Source: Candidatus Aenigmatarchaeota archaeon
GTDB taxonomy: Archaea > Aenigmatarchaeota > Aenigmatarchaeia > GW2011-AR5
DNA: 64,000 nt
NCBI GenBank assembly: GCA_016198685.1
Contig: JACQID010000004.1
Span: forward strand, 261,059-325,058
Direction: 5' to 3'
Position 1 is the stretch's first letter, and each line of letters opens with the position of its first letter. The position numbers and the translations under genes are program-made. Under the pieces are notes generated by a model. The model did not search any database. It saw only the letters and a program-made list of their open reading frames with translations, and had not been told where the DNA came from. Of the stretch, positions 9,361 to 18,551 are shown in pieces.

Positions 9361-10896
9361 TTATTTTTTATTTTTTCTGCCGGACGGCGTGAAACTGTAG
9401 CCGGATTTTCTATTCCGAATGTCTATGGCATATTCATTCTTTCTCCCCTGGCCAAGCTGTTGTTTGACCTCTTTGAGATGATCATGGCCATGATAATACA
9501 TCCATCCAAGTATCAATGCTATGACAAATACTGAGAGCGCTATGTACCAGCCATAGTCATTGACTATATCTTTTACGGCATTCACTATATTCTCATTATC
9601 TTGAATCACGTCATCTACTATCACAGCTTTTTTGACAGCCGATACTGCAAATAATGAAAACCCTGGAGTTGTTGCAATATAATATACATGTTCAGCTGTG
9701 CCGCCGGATTCAGATGTCGCAAGCTCAGACCAGCCGGATATGTATCTCATGAGACCTATATCAGATGTCGCAAATCCGTTGTCTGCTATCCATTTTTTTG
9801 CAACTTGGAAGCTTATTTCGGCTGCGGTTATGTCCGAATCTGAGAAATTGGAAAGTACAATCTCCATGTATTGATGTATTTTTCCTTCTGGCGCTTCCTT
9901 ATCGGTGCTTTCCAGATTCTTGATTTCTATACTGATATTTGCTAAAGCTTTCGATGCCGTGAATGCAATTCTTCTCACTCCGGTTTCTGCCGGATTGTCT
10001 ATATCCACGCCTGCGCTTTCGCCTGCAGCAACAGAAGGAATCTTTATCACTGAAATACCTTCTGTTGTGCTTATGGTCGTGCCTTCAGGCGCTGGTGCCT
10101 TGGATAGAGCGCTTCCTCCGCCCCCTCCACCGCCGCCACTGCCGCTTCCGCTGCCTGAATCACTGCTTCCTCCGCTTGCAGAGGGTATAGTTGTGCTTCC
10201 GGATTCTGTATCAGTGCCTCCCGGGCTCCCGGATACGCTAAGGACAAAATTGCAAGTTCCTGATGAGCTCCCTGCAGTCACGCTCCAGCTTTCCGATGTG
10301 GTTGCCGAATCTCCAATAGTACCTATAGTCTTCGTGGCGCTGGATATCGTGCACTTTCCTGAAGTTTCTTCAAGTGTTGCCGTAACAGAACTGCTACTGC
10401 CTGCAGTCTCAGTGCCGCCATTTTGTATCGTAGCTGAAACTGTGAATGTCTGGCTTGCCGTGGCGGAAGATGGCGTGCTTAGAGAAACTACGCTCAAATC
10501 TGCAGCAGAACTTACAGTAACTTGCGTGCAGTCAGCAGTGCAGGTTCCCCCCATATCCACGCATACGTCCTCCGAACCGGCCGTATTAGGAGTTATTGTG
10601 AAATCCAGGCTTTTTGATTCGCCGGAGCTGATGCTTGAAATCACTTGCGAAATTGTATCCCCTGTAAACCAGCTTCCAAGAAGCGAGGCCGTGATGCTGG
10701 ACTGGGATTGCGATTGCTGGTTTGTTACGCTGACTGTGAGCGTGCCTGCCGAACCCTTGGTCATTGAAGTCGTCGTAAGGGAACATGTATATTGCGATGA
10801 TGAACATGCATTACTGCAGGCCGCATAAGATGCCTGGAGCGCAAATGCCATCATTATTACTGCAATTACCAATGTCTTAGTTTTCATTGTGATCAC
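9361..10896 (-). CDS. Ser/Thr-rich secreted protein with Gly-linker and C-terminal membrane anchor (cell-surface protein)
   Basis: 511 aa; signal peptide, long low-complexity S/T/G region (GSGSGSGGGGGGGG), a PGF-like motif (TTPGFSLFAVSAV), C-terminal TM helix (WYIALSVFVIALILGWMYY) then a basic tail. Start overlaps the stop of the 2084-aa gene (ATGA), so co-transcribed. Confidence 0.65.
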   Translation of the reverse strand: MITMKTKTLVIAVIMMAFALQASYAACSNACSSSQYTCSLTTTSMTKGSAGTLTVSVTNQQSQSQSSITASLLGSWFTGDTISQVISSISSGESKSLDFTITPNTAGSEDVCVDMGGTCTADCTQVTVSSAADLSVVSLSTPSSATASQTFTVSATIQNGGTETAGSSSSVTATLEETSGKCTISSATKTIGTIGDSATTSESWSVTAGSSSGTCNFVLSVSGSPGGTDTESGSTTIPSASGGSSDSGSGSGSGGGGGGGGSALSKAPAPEGTTISTTEGISVIKIPSVAAGESAGVDIDNPAETGVRRIAFTASKALANISIEIKNLESTDKEAPEGKIHQYMEIVLSNFSDSDITAAEISFQVAKKWIADNGFATSDIGLMRYISGWSELATSESGGTAEHVYYIATTPGFSLFAVSAVKKAVIVDDVIQDNENIVNAVKDIVNDYGWYIALSVFVIALILGWMYYHGHDHLKEVKQQLGQGRKNEYAIDIRNRKSGYSFTPSGRKNKK

Positions 10897-13800
10897 TTCG
10901 ACTCAAAGTTATATGTGGTGGTCATGACGCTCATTGTTGATGTTTTTGGCGTTATGGTTATCGTTCCTGTCCAGTTGCCCGCCTGGGTGACGTTGAATGT
11001 CCAATTGAATTGGCGCGTGACGCCTATATTCATTATCATATTGCCATGCGTAAGGTTAGTCAGATTATTTGATATTGCAGAAGAATTGGTGCTGTGTACA
11101 GGCTTGCTTATTGCAATATCGGCATTGACCTGGCTCGATGAAGGATTATTTATGGAAACCGATATGTTGAAGTTCTCCCTGAAGGTTGCGTTTCCCGGGA
11201 GCAACGCAGATACTGTGTTGTCGGTCACATAGCTTTGGTTAGATTTCGTTGCATTATAAACGGATTTTCCTTCTATCCTCAGGTTCTTCTGCGCAACTAT
11301 GACTTCCCTGCTTCCCACGGTTGTAGAATTGCCGTAAGTAGCCTGATATTCCACAGATAGCCTGCCGATAGGCCATGTGAAGCTTCCTGCAGGCGTTATT
11401 GAAACATTGGCGGCCCCGCCTGCATCGGTGATGTTTGATGCGCCTGTCCAGTTTGAATCTGATGTATTCACGTTGGCACCTGTTGCAGTATTCCATATCT
11501 TTCGCACCGAAACATTGGCATTGGCAAGCACCATGCTCCTGTTGTAGTTAAGGCTTACGTTTATTGTTGAGGTTATCGCCGATGTCGGCGTTATGTCGGT
11601 GATTCCTGTTATCGCTCCCCATACTCCTGGAAATTCAGCACTTATGCTTGTCATGAATGTCGTGGCTACGCCATCTTTCAAGGCGGAAATTTCAACATCA
11701 TAATACGCCCATCCCCATGGTGGGGTAGGCCATGTGTTGTTCAATCCCGGAGGCGTTATGTTTATTGTCTCAGCGTTGCTTTGGGTAGTCCTGTTTATCG
11801 CCACAACAAAGCTATGCTGGACACATGCGTTGTCACAACTCCAATATCTGAACGTGGCGTTGGATACCGTGACTCCAGAGGACCCACTTATGTTCAATTT
11901 CATGCTTTCATTTATGTAATAACTGTACCTGAATTTCTCTCCTGCGAATTCAAAGGGATAGAGTATTTTTCCGCTTAGTGCGAATGATGAAAGCCTAAAT
12001 GTGGCATATCCTATATGAGCTGTTGATGTTACATTTTGGCTGTCGTTTGCCGTGATCTCGGGATAATAATAGCCTTCTGAGAGCGCAGTGGTATTCAGGC
12101 TAAGCCTCTTCTGGCTGGACGTGTAAGTATATATCAAGCCCGATGTATCCACGCTTGTGCAAGTGCCGCTCTGGCAATGCTTCATCGTGGATATCTTGAC
12201 ATCGTTAAGCGTTACAGGCGTTCCTGAGGAACTGTCAGCTACAATATCGAATGTCACATTTTCCCCTTTCTGGTATTCAAATCTTGAAGCGAATGCATAC
12301 AATCGGAACGCTATGACCTCGAACCATGCTTCGGAAAATACTACGTTGCCATTGGCATCCGATATTTTCAATTTTGCCCTATATGTACCAGACGGCAAAC
12401 CGGATCCGAGGGGCGTTATATTTATATTAAGATCTCCTACGGTTGCAGGATTGCCGCTTACTGCCTTCACGGTATAGTCAGTTCCATTAACAAGAGTGGC
12501 TCCTGTCAAGGTATTCTGAAGACTCAGAATATCTATGTAAACCTGCCCGTTGTAATATGACGATGTACCTGGACTGCCAACATGAACTTTCAGGCTCATG
12601 TTGTTTTTCGGATGATTGCTCCATGCGTCAGTCCATGACCATACATCAAACAGCCTGACATCGAACCATGTGCTTACTTCTACCTTTCCTCCTGTAGCCG
12701 AACCATTCTGCAATGTTCGCGTAAGATTAACAACAGCCTGATAACTGCCCTCATCCCATCCGCCTGACCTTGAGAGATTCATTATAAGACGTGTCGGCAT
12801 TGTGATATTGGATGTCTTGAGTGCAATGCCGGATACCTCGCTTCGCGACCATGTTGCCCTGTCGTATTTATACACGGTAATCTCGGGTGAGCCGGAAGTA
12901 TAAGAAGTGTTAAGCGTTACCTGCTGCCCGGAAAGTGTTCCTTGGGCATATATTGTAATGTTGTCCGAAGACCCATAAGTCCATTTTTCTGTCCAAGCAC
13001 TGGGAGTAAAGTCCCTTACATCAAACCATACATAAGTTCGCTTGACGTCGCTGCTCTCGTTTATCCTTATGGCGATCTGGTAAAACCCGTTCGGCAAACT
13101 CTGGCTCAGGCTCACGTTTGCCGCTGCGCTATACTTGTTGTTTGAAGTCGTGGCATCTGACCACAACGAACTTGAAACCGGTGCTCCTGTCATTGAATTT
13201 ATCACCGATTCAATATTGGTTTCGGTACTGCCTGTATATGCGCGTCCGCTTGAAGGATCTGTTATCGTGCAACTTATGTTAACTGAAACTCCTGACTGTA
13301 TGTCTCCCCATGAAACCCTGTTGCAGCTCGCAAAGAAGGTTTCTATCTTGAATCCCCATTCGGCTTTTTCCGTGCCAAGGGAATTATTGAATTCTGCGGA
13401 GACAAAATAATCTCCCGAATCCCATGTCCCGCCTGCCGCCCCATCGTCGAGTGGTTTCAAGACGAAAGTGCCAACGCCGGGTATTAGAATATTGCCCGTG
13501 CCCTTTATTGTCCCGTCTTTGCTTGTGACATTGTAATCTACTTTTTCCTGAAGCACGGTCTCCCCTGATGAAAAGTCAAACTTGGCTACTTTTACGGATT
13601 TTAGCGTCACGTTGTAATATGATGTCTGCGAATTATCTCCTACTGAAACGCCAGACGAGCCTCCTAATCCTGAAGTTTCTCCAAGATCCTGTATGTATCC
13701 AATAGACCAATTCGAAACATTTCCTTCGGAGTTTCCAGGCCCTCTCATTCCTAACTTGTAGTATTTGCCTGTCGTGCTATTGACGCAGAAATATCTTGTG

Positions 13801-16800
13801 TGCGTTGCATTGTAAGAGCCTGCTAATGTCATGTTCGTCGTGTTTCTGTATCCCTGATTGCTATACACAGGCGCAAAACCCGGACCGGTGCACTTGAAGC
13901 CCTGGAAAGGCCCGCCACTATCATAGTCGCTAAGTATCTTTTCTCCTGAAACGCATTTGCTGAAAACGGAATTCATGCATCCCATGAAAGCTATGGTCGA
14001 ATTCTTTGTGACGCCCCCGCTCGTAAGGTTAACCGCAGAGAGGTTCGCCATATCTATATCTGACACGTTGCTCGTTGTCATGTTGATGTCCGGGAAAGTA
14101 TCCCCGTCAAGATCAAATCCTCGGCCGGCTACAACCACTCCTTCCTCCAATATGGCTTCAGGAGTTCCGATAGGGCCGCCTCCGCCACCGCAAGTCGTAT
14201 CTTCAGGAGGACAACCACCACCGAATTGGTTTCTCATCCATGAAGGGTCGGAAGAGATAGTCGCTGTGAAATTTATGTTGTCGCTTCTACCATATCTCCA
14301 GTTGCTGCTGCTTATTTCGGCAAAGAAGTTTCTTACCATGAAGAAACCTTCAACCTGGTCCGTAACCGTCCCGTTTGTAACATCAAAAACGATGAGATAC
14401 TGGCCGTTGCTCCATCCTCCAGTAGGCGGCTCAAGGGTCATAAGCACTCTTCCGGAAGCGTCTGTAGTTCCTTGGGTGACCGTCTTATCATATGTTAATT
14501 CGGATGGAGGGAAGCTCGCAAAGCTTAATATTTTTTTCAGCGAAACCGTAAGGTTGGCTGCCGGCCTGTAATTCACTACATTGAACACGTCGATCTTCAT
14601 GCTCACGTTCTCATTTTTGCCTATTGTGAAGTCGGGCACGTTAGTTTCTGGGTTTACCGGCATTCCAAATCCTTCGAATATTTTTGACATGAAGAATCCT
14701 TCGCCGCTGTCTATTCCGCCCGAAAAGTTCACAATGACTTTAACTATGTAGAAGCCGGATTTCCAGCCTGTTGCAGGCGCGGATATGACCGTGCTGTTCG
14801 AACCTCCGTCTATTCGTATTGTCGTGTTAGTAGAATCTATCTTCTTGGGCGGGAATATGAATTCACCTGCATTCCCTCCATAAAAAACGCCGCTTATCGT
14901 AAGCGTGCCTGTCCTATTTGCCGTCTGCCATGTTCCAGGTTCTCTTACAGTCACTGAGACATTTACAGCCGTGTTCGGGCCTACGTTCCAGTTTTGGAAG
15001 CTATTGAAACCCAACGAAGAAGCATCGGTCGTTGTGTTTGCACGAACCGTGACATCCATGAAGTATTTCCTTACGTCGAAGAAGCCCTGGGCACGATCGG
15101 TTTTGTTGTCCGACGTTGAAAGATTGAAAAATGCGATATAAAATCCGCCAGTCCAGTTCTGGCCGTTGACGCTCGATTTCATGCTGATTGCGCAACTGCC
15201 TGAAGAATCTGTAACGCAATTCGTCAGTGTTACGGATGAAGTCCAGTCTTCTTCGGTATTAAGATTGATTATTTTAGTAACTGTTACTTGTGCTCCCTGT
15301 ACTGATGAACCGCCGCCTATGCCAAACAACCCGCCTTCAACGCCTCTTGGGCCGCCTCCAAATGATCCCTTGGACATGAAGCCTTCATTGCCCTGCTTCT
15401 CGCTTGCCGTTGTAACGCTTACATTGAGCTGAACAGTGTCATTGGGTCTGAAGAACCAGAAAAATCCCGGTCCCGGACCGCCTGCGCCCGGTGTAGGAGT
15501 AGTGCTTCCAGGGCTTCCCGCGCTTACAGGGCGTATAGTTACATCCAGCGACCTGACTTTGAAATTGCCGTCAACAGAAACCGAGCCTACAGGCGTATCT
15601 GTCTGGGCTTTTACAAAATAATCCCCGCCTTTTACAGGAGCCGTCAAATTAATGTATGTATAATTTCCAGACGTGTATGTTGCATTCGTCCCGAATAATG
15701 AAGTCTTGTCATTTCCTTCACTATCTGCAATCGAATAACTTGAAATGCCCGTGACGGGTACTGTGCCAGAAACATTCTGCGCAGAGAACCTAAGGACTAT
15801 TTTCTTGCCTGCAACGAAGTCTCGTTGTGAGACGCCGTTCGGGAACGTATCCATCGACACAACAAAGCCTTTTGCCCTCTGGATCGTGAAGTACCCTATT
15901 CCAGAGCCTGATCCAAAGGTATCGTTTATGCTTATCAGGACTTTATAAGTGCCGGAAGCCGAGGTCCCCGGAATCAAAAATGACATCTTGTATTTGCCGT
16001 CAGTACTGACTTGATCCGTGACAGTAGGCGAGATCGCCGTATCTACTCCTGAAGGATCATATATTTTTGCGCCTGAAGTTATCGTAGTCGCCTTGCCTGC
16101 GATGTTATCGCTTGTAGATGCGTTTTTCAATTTCAACCCAAGGGTCACGGTCGAACCCGGATAAAAAACAAGCTGACCGTCCCATGCACTAATTTCCATT
16201 ACGTATGCCCTGACTTCAAAGCTGCCGAGCAGTTCCTTTGTTATATTTGAACCCTGTGCAGTCACGGTAGCTGTAACAGAATATATGCCTTCGCCTGTTG
16301 AAGAAAATTTGTCCTCATAAACGCCTGTGAGGCTTGTAGCAGAGCTGTCCGTAGCCTGAGTCATTGCAGTTACGGTTGTCTTGGTTCCGTTCGGTGCAGT
16401 TATCACGAGTTGCCTTGTTGAAGCCGTGGCTCCATTGCCATTTGCATTCTTCACCGTGATCCTGATAGTTACATTGTCCCCGCGGCCGACTACTGTAGGC
16501 GATATTTTCATTGAAGCGCTGAAACCGCCTACAAGAAGCGGAACTGCCTGCTCGAATTTGTTTATTTCGACTATGTATTCACCTTCCGTGCTTGGAACTG
16601 TGAAGGAAGTCGAGCATTTACCTACGCTGTCGGTTGTGCAGGAAGTTATTTCACTTATCAAGGTCCCATTCTTGTATCGTAAATTCGGCATTATCAAAAC
16701 AGAAGGAACGCCGTTGCCGTTCGAATTCACGACAGTGGCAACAAGACTTGCAACCGTATCGGTGCTATATGAAGGCTTGTTAAGCGATATCAAAATTTTT

Positions 16801-17147
16801 GAATAGGGGAGAACCTTGATAAAGTGGCTAACTACCGTGCCGGAAGCGTTTGCAAGTATGGTATAGTTACCGGATGAAGAAAGTGAGAAAGTATAATTTG
16901 CGCCTCCTGTAGAATTGGTCGTCAATGAAGAAGATGAAACCGCCGCGCCTGATGAGTCTTTAACTGTCAGCAAAACAGATTCGTTCGAGATAGCGGTTGT
17001 ATTGTCAGACACTACAACAGACGAGTAGATGCTCTCGTTTACATTGAACGAATACTTGTTTGTTTTCACTGAAACATCAAGCGAAAAAGAAGGCATAGCA
17101 ATGAGAAGAATCGCAGCGACCAAAACAAATTTTGATGCTCTTCCCAC
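10893..17147 (-). CDS. Giant (2084 aa) secreted cell-surface glycoprotein candidate (S-layer/adhesin-like)
   Basis: Single uninterrupted 6.25 kb ORF; N-terminal signal peptide (MGRASKFVLVAAILLIAMPSFS). Extreme density of N-x-S/T sequons throughout (NESV, NSTG, NYTF, NASG, NGTL, ...). Gly-rich linkers, scattered Cys pairs, no C-terminal TM. Shadow ORFs on the + strand are artefacts. Confidence 0.8.
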   Translation of the reverse strand: MGRASKFVLVAAILLIAMPSFSLDVSVKTNKYSFNVNESIYSSVVVSDNTTAISNESVLLTVKDSSGAAVSSSSLTTNSTGGANYTFSLSSSGNYTILANASGTVVSHFIKVLPYSKILISLNKPSYSTDTVASLVATVVNSNGNGVPSVLIMPNLRYKNGTLISEITSCTTDSVGKCSTSFTVPSTEGEYIVEINKFEQAVPLLVGGFSASMKISPTVVGRGDNVTIRITVKNANGNGATASTRQLVITAPNGTKTTVTAMTQATDSSATSLTGVYEDKFSSTGEGIYSVTATVTAQGSNITKELLGSFEVRAYVMEISAWDGQLVFYPGSTVTLGLKLKNASTSDNIAGKATTITSGAKIYDPSGVDTAISPTVTDQVSTDGKYKMSFLIPGTSASGTYKVLISINDTFGSGSGIGYFTIQRAKGFVVSMDTFPNGVSQRDFVAGKKIVLRFSAQNVSGTVPVTGISSYSIADSEGNDKTSLFGTNATYTSGNYTYINLTAPVKGGDYFVKAQTDTPVGSVSVDGNFKVRSLDVTIRPVSAGSPGSTTPTPGAGGPGPGFFWFFRPNDTVQLNVSVTTASEKQGNEGFMSKGSFGGGPRGVEGGLFGIGGGSSVQGAQVTVTKIINLNTEEDWTSSVTLTNCVTDSSGSCAISMKSSVNGQNWTGGFYIAFFNLSTSDNKTDRAQGFFDVRKYFMDVTVRANTTTDASSLGFNSFQNWNVGPNTAVNVSVTVREPGTWQTANRTGTLTISGVFYGGNAGEFIFPPKKIDSTNTTIRIDGGSNSTVISAPATGWKSGFYIVKVIVNFSGGIDSGEGFFMSKIFEGFGMPVNPETNVPDFTIGKNENVSMKIDVFNVVNYRPAANLTVSLKKILSFASFPPSELTYDKTVTQGTTDASGRVLMTLEPPTGGWSNGQYLIVFDVTNGTVTDQVEGFFMVRNFFAEISSSNWRYGRSDNINFTATISSDPSWMRNQFGGGCPPEDTTCGGGGGPIGTPEAILEEGVVVAGRGFDLDGDTFPDINMTTSNVSDIDMANLSAVNLTSGGVTKNSTIAFMGCMNSVFSKCVSGEKILSDYDSGGPFQGFKCTGPGFAPVYSNQGYRNTTNMTLAGSYNATHTRYFCVNSTTGKYYKLGMRGPGNSEGNVSNWSIGYIQDLGETSGLGGSSGVSVGDNSQTSYYNVTLKSVKVAKFDFSSGETVLQEKVDYNVTSKDGTIKGTGNILIPGVGTFVLKPLDDGAAGGTWDSGDYFVSAEFNNSLGTEKAEWGFKIETFFASCNRVSWGDIQSGVSVNISCTITDPSSGRAYTGSTETNIESVINSMTGAPVSSSLWSDATTSNNKYSAAANVSLSQSLPNGFYQIAIRINESSDVKRTYVWFDVRDFTPSAWTEKWTYGSSDNITIYAQGTLSGQQVTLNTSYTSGSPEITVYKYDRATWSRSEVSGIALKTSNITMPTRLIMNLSRSGGWDEGSYQAVVNLTRTLQNGSATGGKVEVSTWFDVRLFDVWSWTDAWSNHPKNNMSLKVHVGSPGTSSYYNGQVYIDILSLQNTLTGATLVNGTDYTVKAVSGNPATVGDLNINITPLGSGLPSGTYRAKLKISDANGNVVFSEAWFEVIAFRLYAFASRFEYQKGENVTFDIVADSSSGTPVTLNDVKISTMKHCQSGTCTSVDTSGLIYTYTSSQKRLSLNTTALSEGYYYPEITANDSQNVTSTAHIGYATFRLSSFALSGKILYPFEFAGEKFRYSYYINESMKLNISGSSGVTVSNATFRYWSCDNACVQHSFVVAINRTTQSNAETINITPPGLNNTWPTPPWGWAYYDVEISALKDGVATTFMTSISAEFPGVWGAITGITDITPTSAITSTINVSLNYNRSMVLANANVSVRKIWNTATGANVNTSDSNWTGASNITDAGGAANVSITPAGSFTWPIGRLSVEYQATYGNSTTVGSREVIVAQKNLRIEGKSVYNATKSNQSYVTDNTVSALLPGNATFRENFNISVSINNPSSSQVNADIAISKPVHSTNSSAISNNLTNLTHGNMIMNIGVTRQFNWTFNVTQAGNWTGTITITPKTSTMSVMTTTYNFESK

Positions 17148-17297
17148 TGAATCACCGGAATAATAAAACGTTTATGTGAAGAAGTTGTATATAAAGCTAA
17201 CGCAATTTTTATCGGAATTCCGCTTTTTTTGCGCGATAAAGGAAAATTTTCATATTTTTGGAACGAATAAATATCTTCTGAAAGTAATTAATCAAGC

Positions 17298-17368
17298 CGC
17301 CGGGTTGACAGAGCGGCCATGTGCTCGCCTGCAAAGCGAGATAGAGGCGTTCAACTCGCCTACCCGGC
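17298..17368 (+). tRNA. tRNA-Cys (GCA)
   Basis: Hand-folded: acceptor GCCGGGT/ACCCGGC (7 bp), U8, anticodon stem CTCGC/GCGAG with loop CTGCAAA (anticodon GCA), T-arm AGGCG-TTCAACT-CGCCT, discriminator U73 (Cys identity). D-stem has the G13:A22-type irregularity common in tRNA-Cys. No intron; CCA not encoded. Confidence 0.8.
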
Positions 17369-17766
17369 TTCGTAATGATGCAACGAATGGACAACCTCCG
17401 ATTCTTCAAACGCAGCCATGTCAGGATATATTCATGGCACGACAGACTGGTCTTCTGCTGTAGATATGCAGTGCAATTCAAATTTTCGAATATACTGCTT
17501 CGAAAAAGCGTATCCTTCATCAACTACCACCACAGTCGTGGTTTCGGCGTGCGGCGACTCTGATGGAGGGGGTCGGGAGAATCTGCTGCGGTTAATGTAA
17601 GAACAACTTCTCGTTTCAGTACTGGCAGCATCGAAAATGGCAATCCTGCCAAAGTAGACATAGAATACTACGAGCCGTAGGGAATGATATTTACTTAATC
17701 GATTAATGAATCTATTAACTGTAGAAAGCTTTATTAATTTTTAGTTGTAATTATATATATTCATAT

Positions 17767-17790
17767 TTTCTTGTTAGTTTTCTTGTTAGT
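17767..17790 (+). repeat. Perfect 12-nt tandem direct repeat (TTTCTTGTTAGT x2) abutting a TATA-like box upstream of the PIN-toxin operon
   Basis: tttcttgttagt tttcttgttagt, immediately followed by ttataatc about 25 nt before ATG 17817 (leaderless-type promoter geometry). Candidate operator. Confidence 0.35.
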
Positions 17791-17816
17791 TTATAATCAA
17801 AACTTGAGGTAAAAAT

Positions 17817-18017
17817 ATGACAGAATATGAAAAAGGGCCTGAAGGACCAGAGTATAGACCTGAAGATCACTATAGGAGTACAGGTATACGCAAACTCATT
17901 CGGGACATTGTCGAACTTTATGGTACTGAGCCAATGAGTAGAGAAAATAGGCCAACGGCCCGAAGTGACTTAAAAGCTATGTTACATCGTTTTACACAAC
18001 CTTGGAGAAGACCGTAG
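17817..18017 (+). CDS. Small hypothetical protein, putative antitoxin partner of downstream PIN toxin
   Basis: 66 aa, acidic N-terminus then basic C-terminus, stops 12 nt before the PIN gene start. This is the classic antitoxin-toxin arrangement, but the sequence matches no RHH/AbrB/Phd fold I recognise. Confidence 0.4.
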   Translation: MTEYEKGPEGPEYRPEDHYRSTGIRKLIRDIVELYGTEPMSRENRPTARSDLKAMLHRFTQPWRRP

Positions 18018-18029
18018 ACAAATATCATA

Positions 18030-18536
18030 GTGCCCTTTTATTATCTTGATACATCAGCTTGGGTAAAGCGATATATAACTGAAAATGGCAGTGACTTTGT
18101 CGATCAACTTTTTGATGGAAAAATGTCAAACGAAAAATTTCTGACTTCCATCTATACAGGACTGGAGATGCAAATATCTCTTCAACGCGCGCGACATATG
18201 AGAAAAATTGATCTTTTAGATTTCAATCGCATAATGAGGAATTATGGCCATGACGTTGTTACCGACAATGTTGAGATAGTTTCCATTGACGATGATATAA
18301 TACGATCAGCTTCCGTTTTATCTGGTAAGTATCCCAAACTAGGCGAAGGAGATACGATCCACCTCGCTACAGCGCTTGATTTAGAATATTCTGAAGGCAA
18401 TGATCTGATAATGATTACAGCTGATAGAGATCTTCTTGAAGCCTCAATAGCGGAAAATCTATTTTCCCTACACCCTGTATATAACTCTTCAAGACGCGAA
18501 CTGCGCAGAATAAGAACAGGAAGACGAAGAAGATAA
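18030..18536 (+). CDS. vapC: PIN-domain ribonuclease (VapC-like toxin)
   Basis: 168 aa; YYLDTSAW (first acidic residue), DDDI, GDTIHLATAL, and ITADRDL give the PIN acidic quartet pattern. Arg-rich C-terminal tail. Confidence 0.7.
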   Translation: MPFYYLDTSAWVKRYITENGSDFVDQLFDGKMSNEKFLTSIYTGLEMQISLQRARHMRKIDLLDFNRIMRNYGHDVVTDNVEIVSIDDDIIRSASVLSGKYPKLGEGDTIHLATALDLEYSEGNDLIMITADRDLLEASIAENLFSLHPVYNSSRRELRRIRTGRRRR

Positions 18537-18551
18537 GTAACTACGATAATT

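Noticed and set aside
9905-10828. 307-aa plus-strand ORF (Pro/Leu-rich) antisense to the 511-aa surface-protein gene; similar long antisense ORFs at 13957-14571, 37901-38826 (antisense to copA), 33334-33981 (antisense to L4) and 22877-23341 (antisense to secY)
   Set aside because: Each lies wholly inside a strongly supported gene on the other strand. They have low-complexity, shadow-ORF composition and no start-site context or motifs.
17369-17816. Searched the ~450-bp ORF-poor stretch after tRNA-Cys for SRP RNA, RNase P RNA or box C/D sRNA (an AATGATGC C-box-like motif at around 17375)
   Set aside because: No matching D/D' boxes, no RNase P P4 or SRP domain-IV signatures found by eye, so no RNA gene was called. 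Track ORFs 17209-17523(-), 17375-17563(+) and 17418-17600(+) look spurious.
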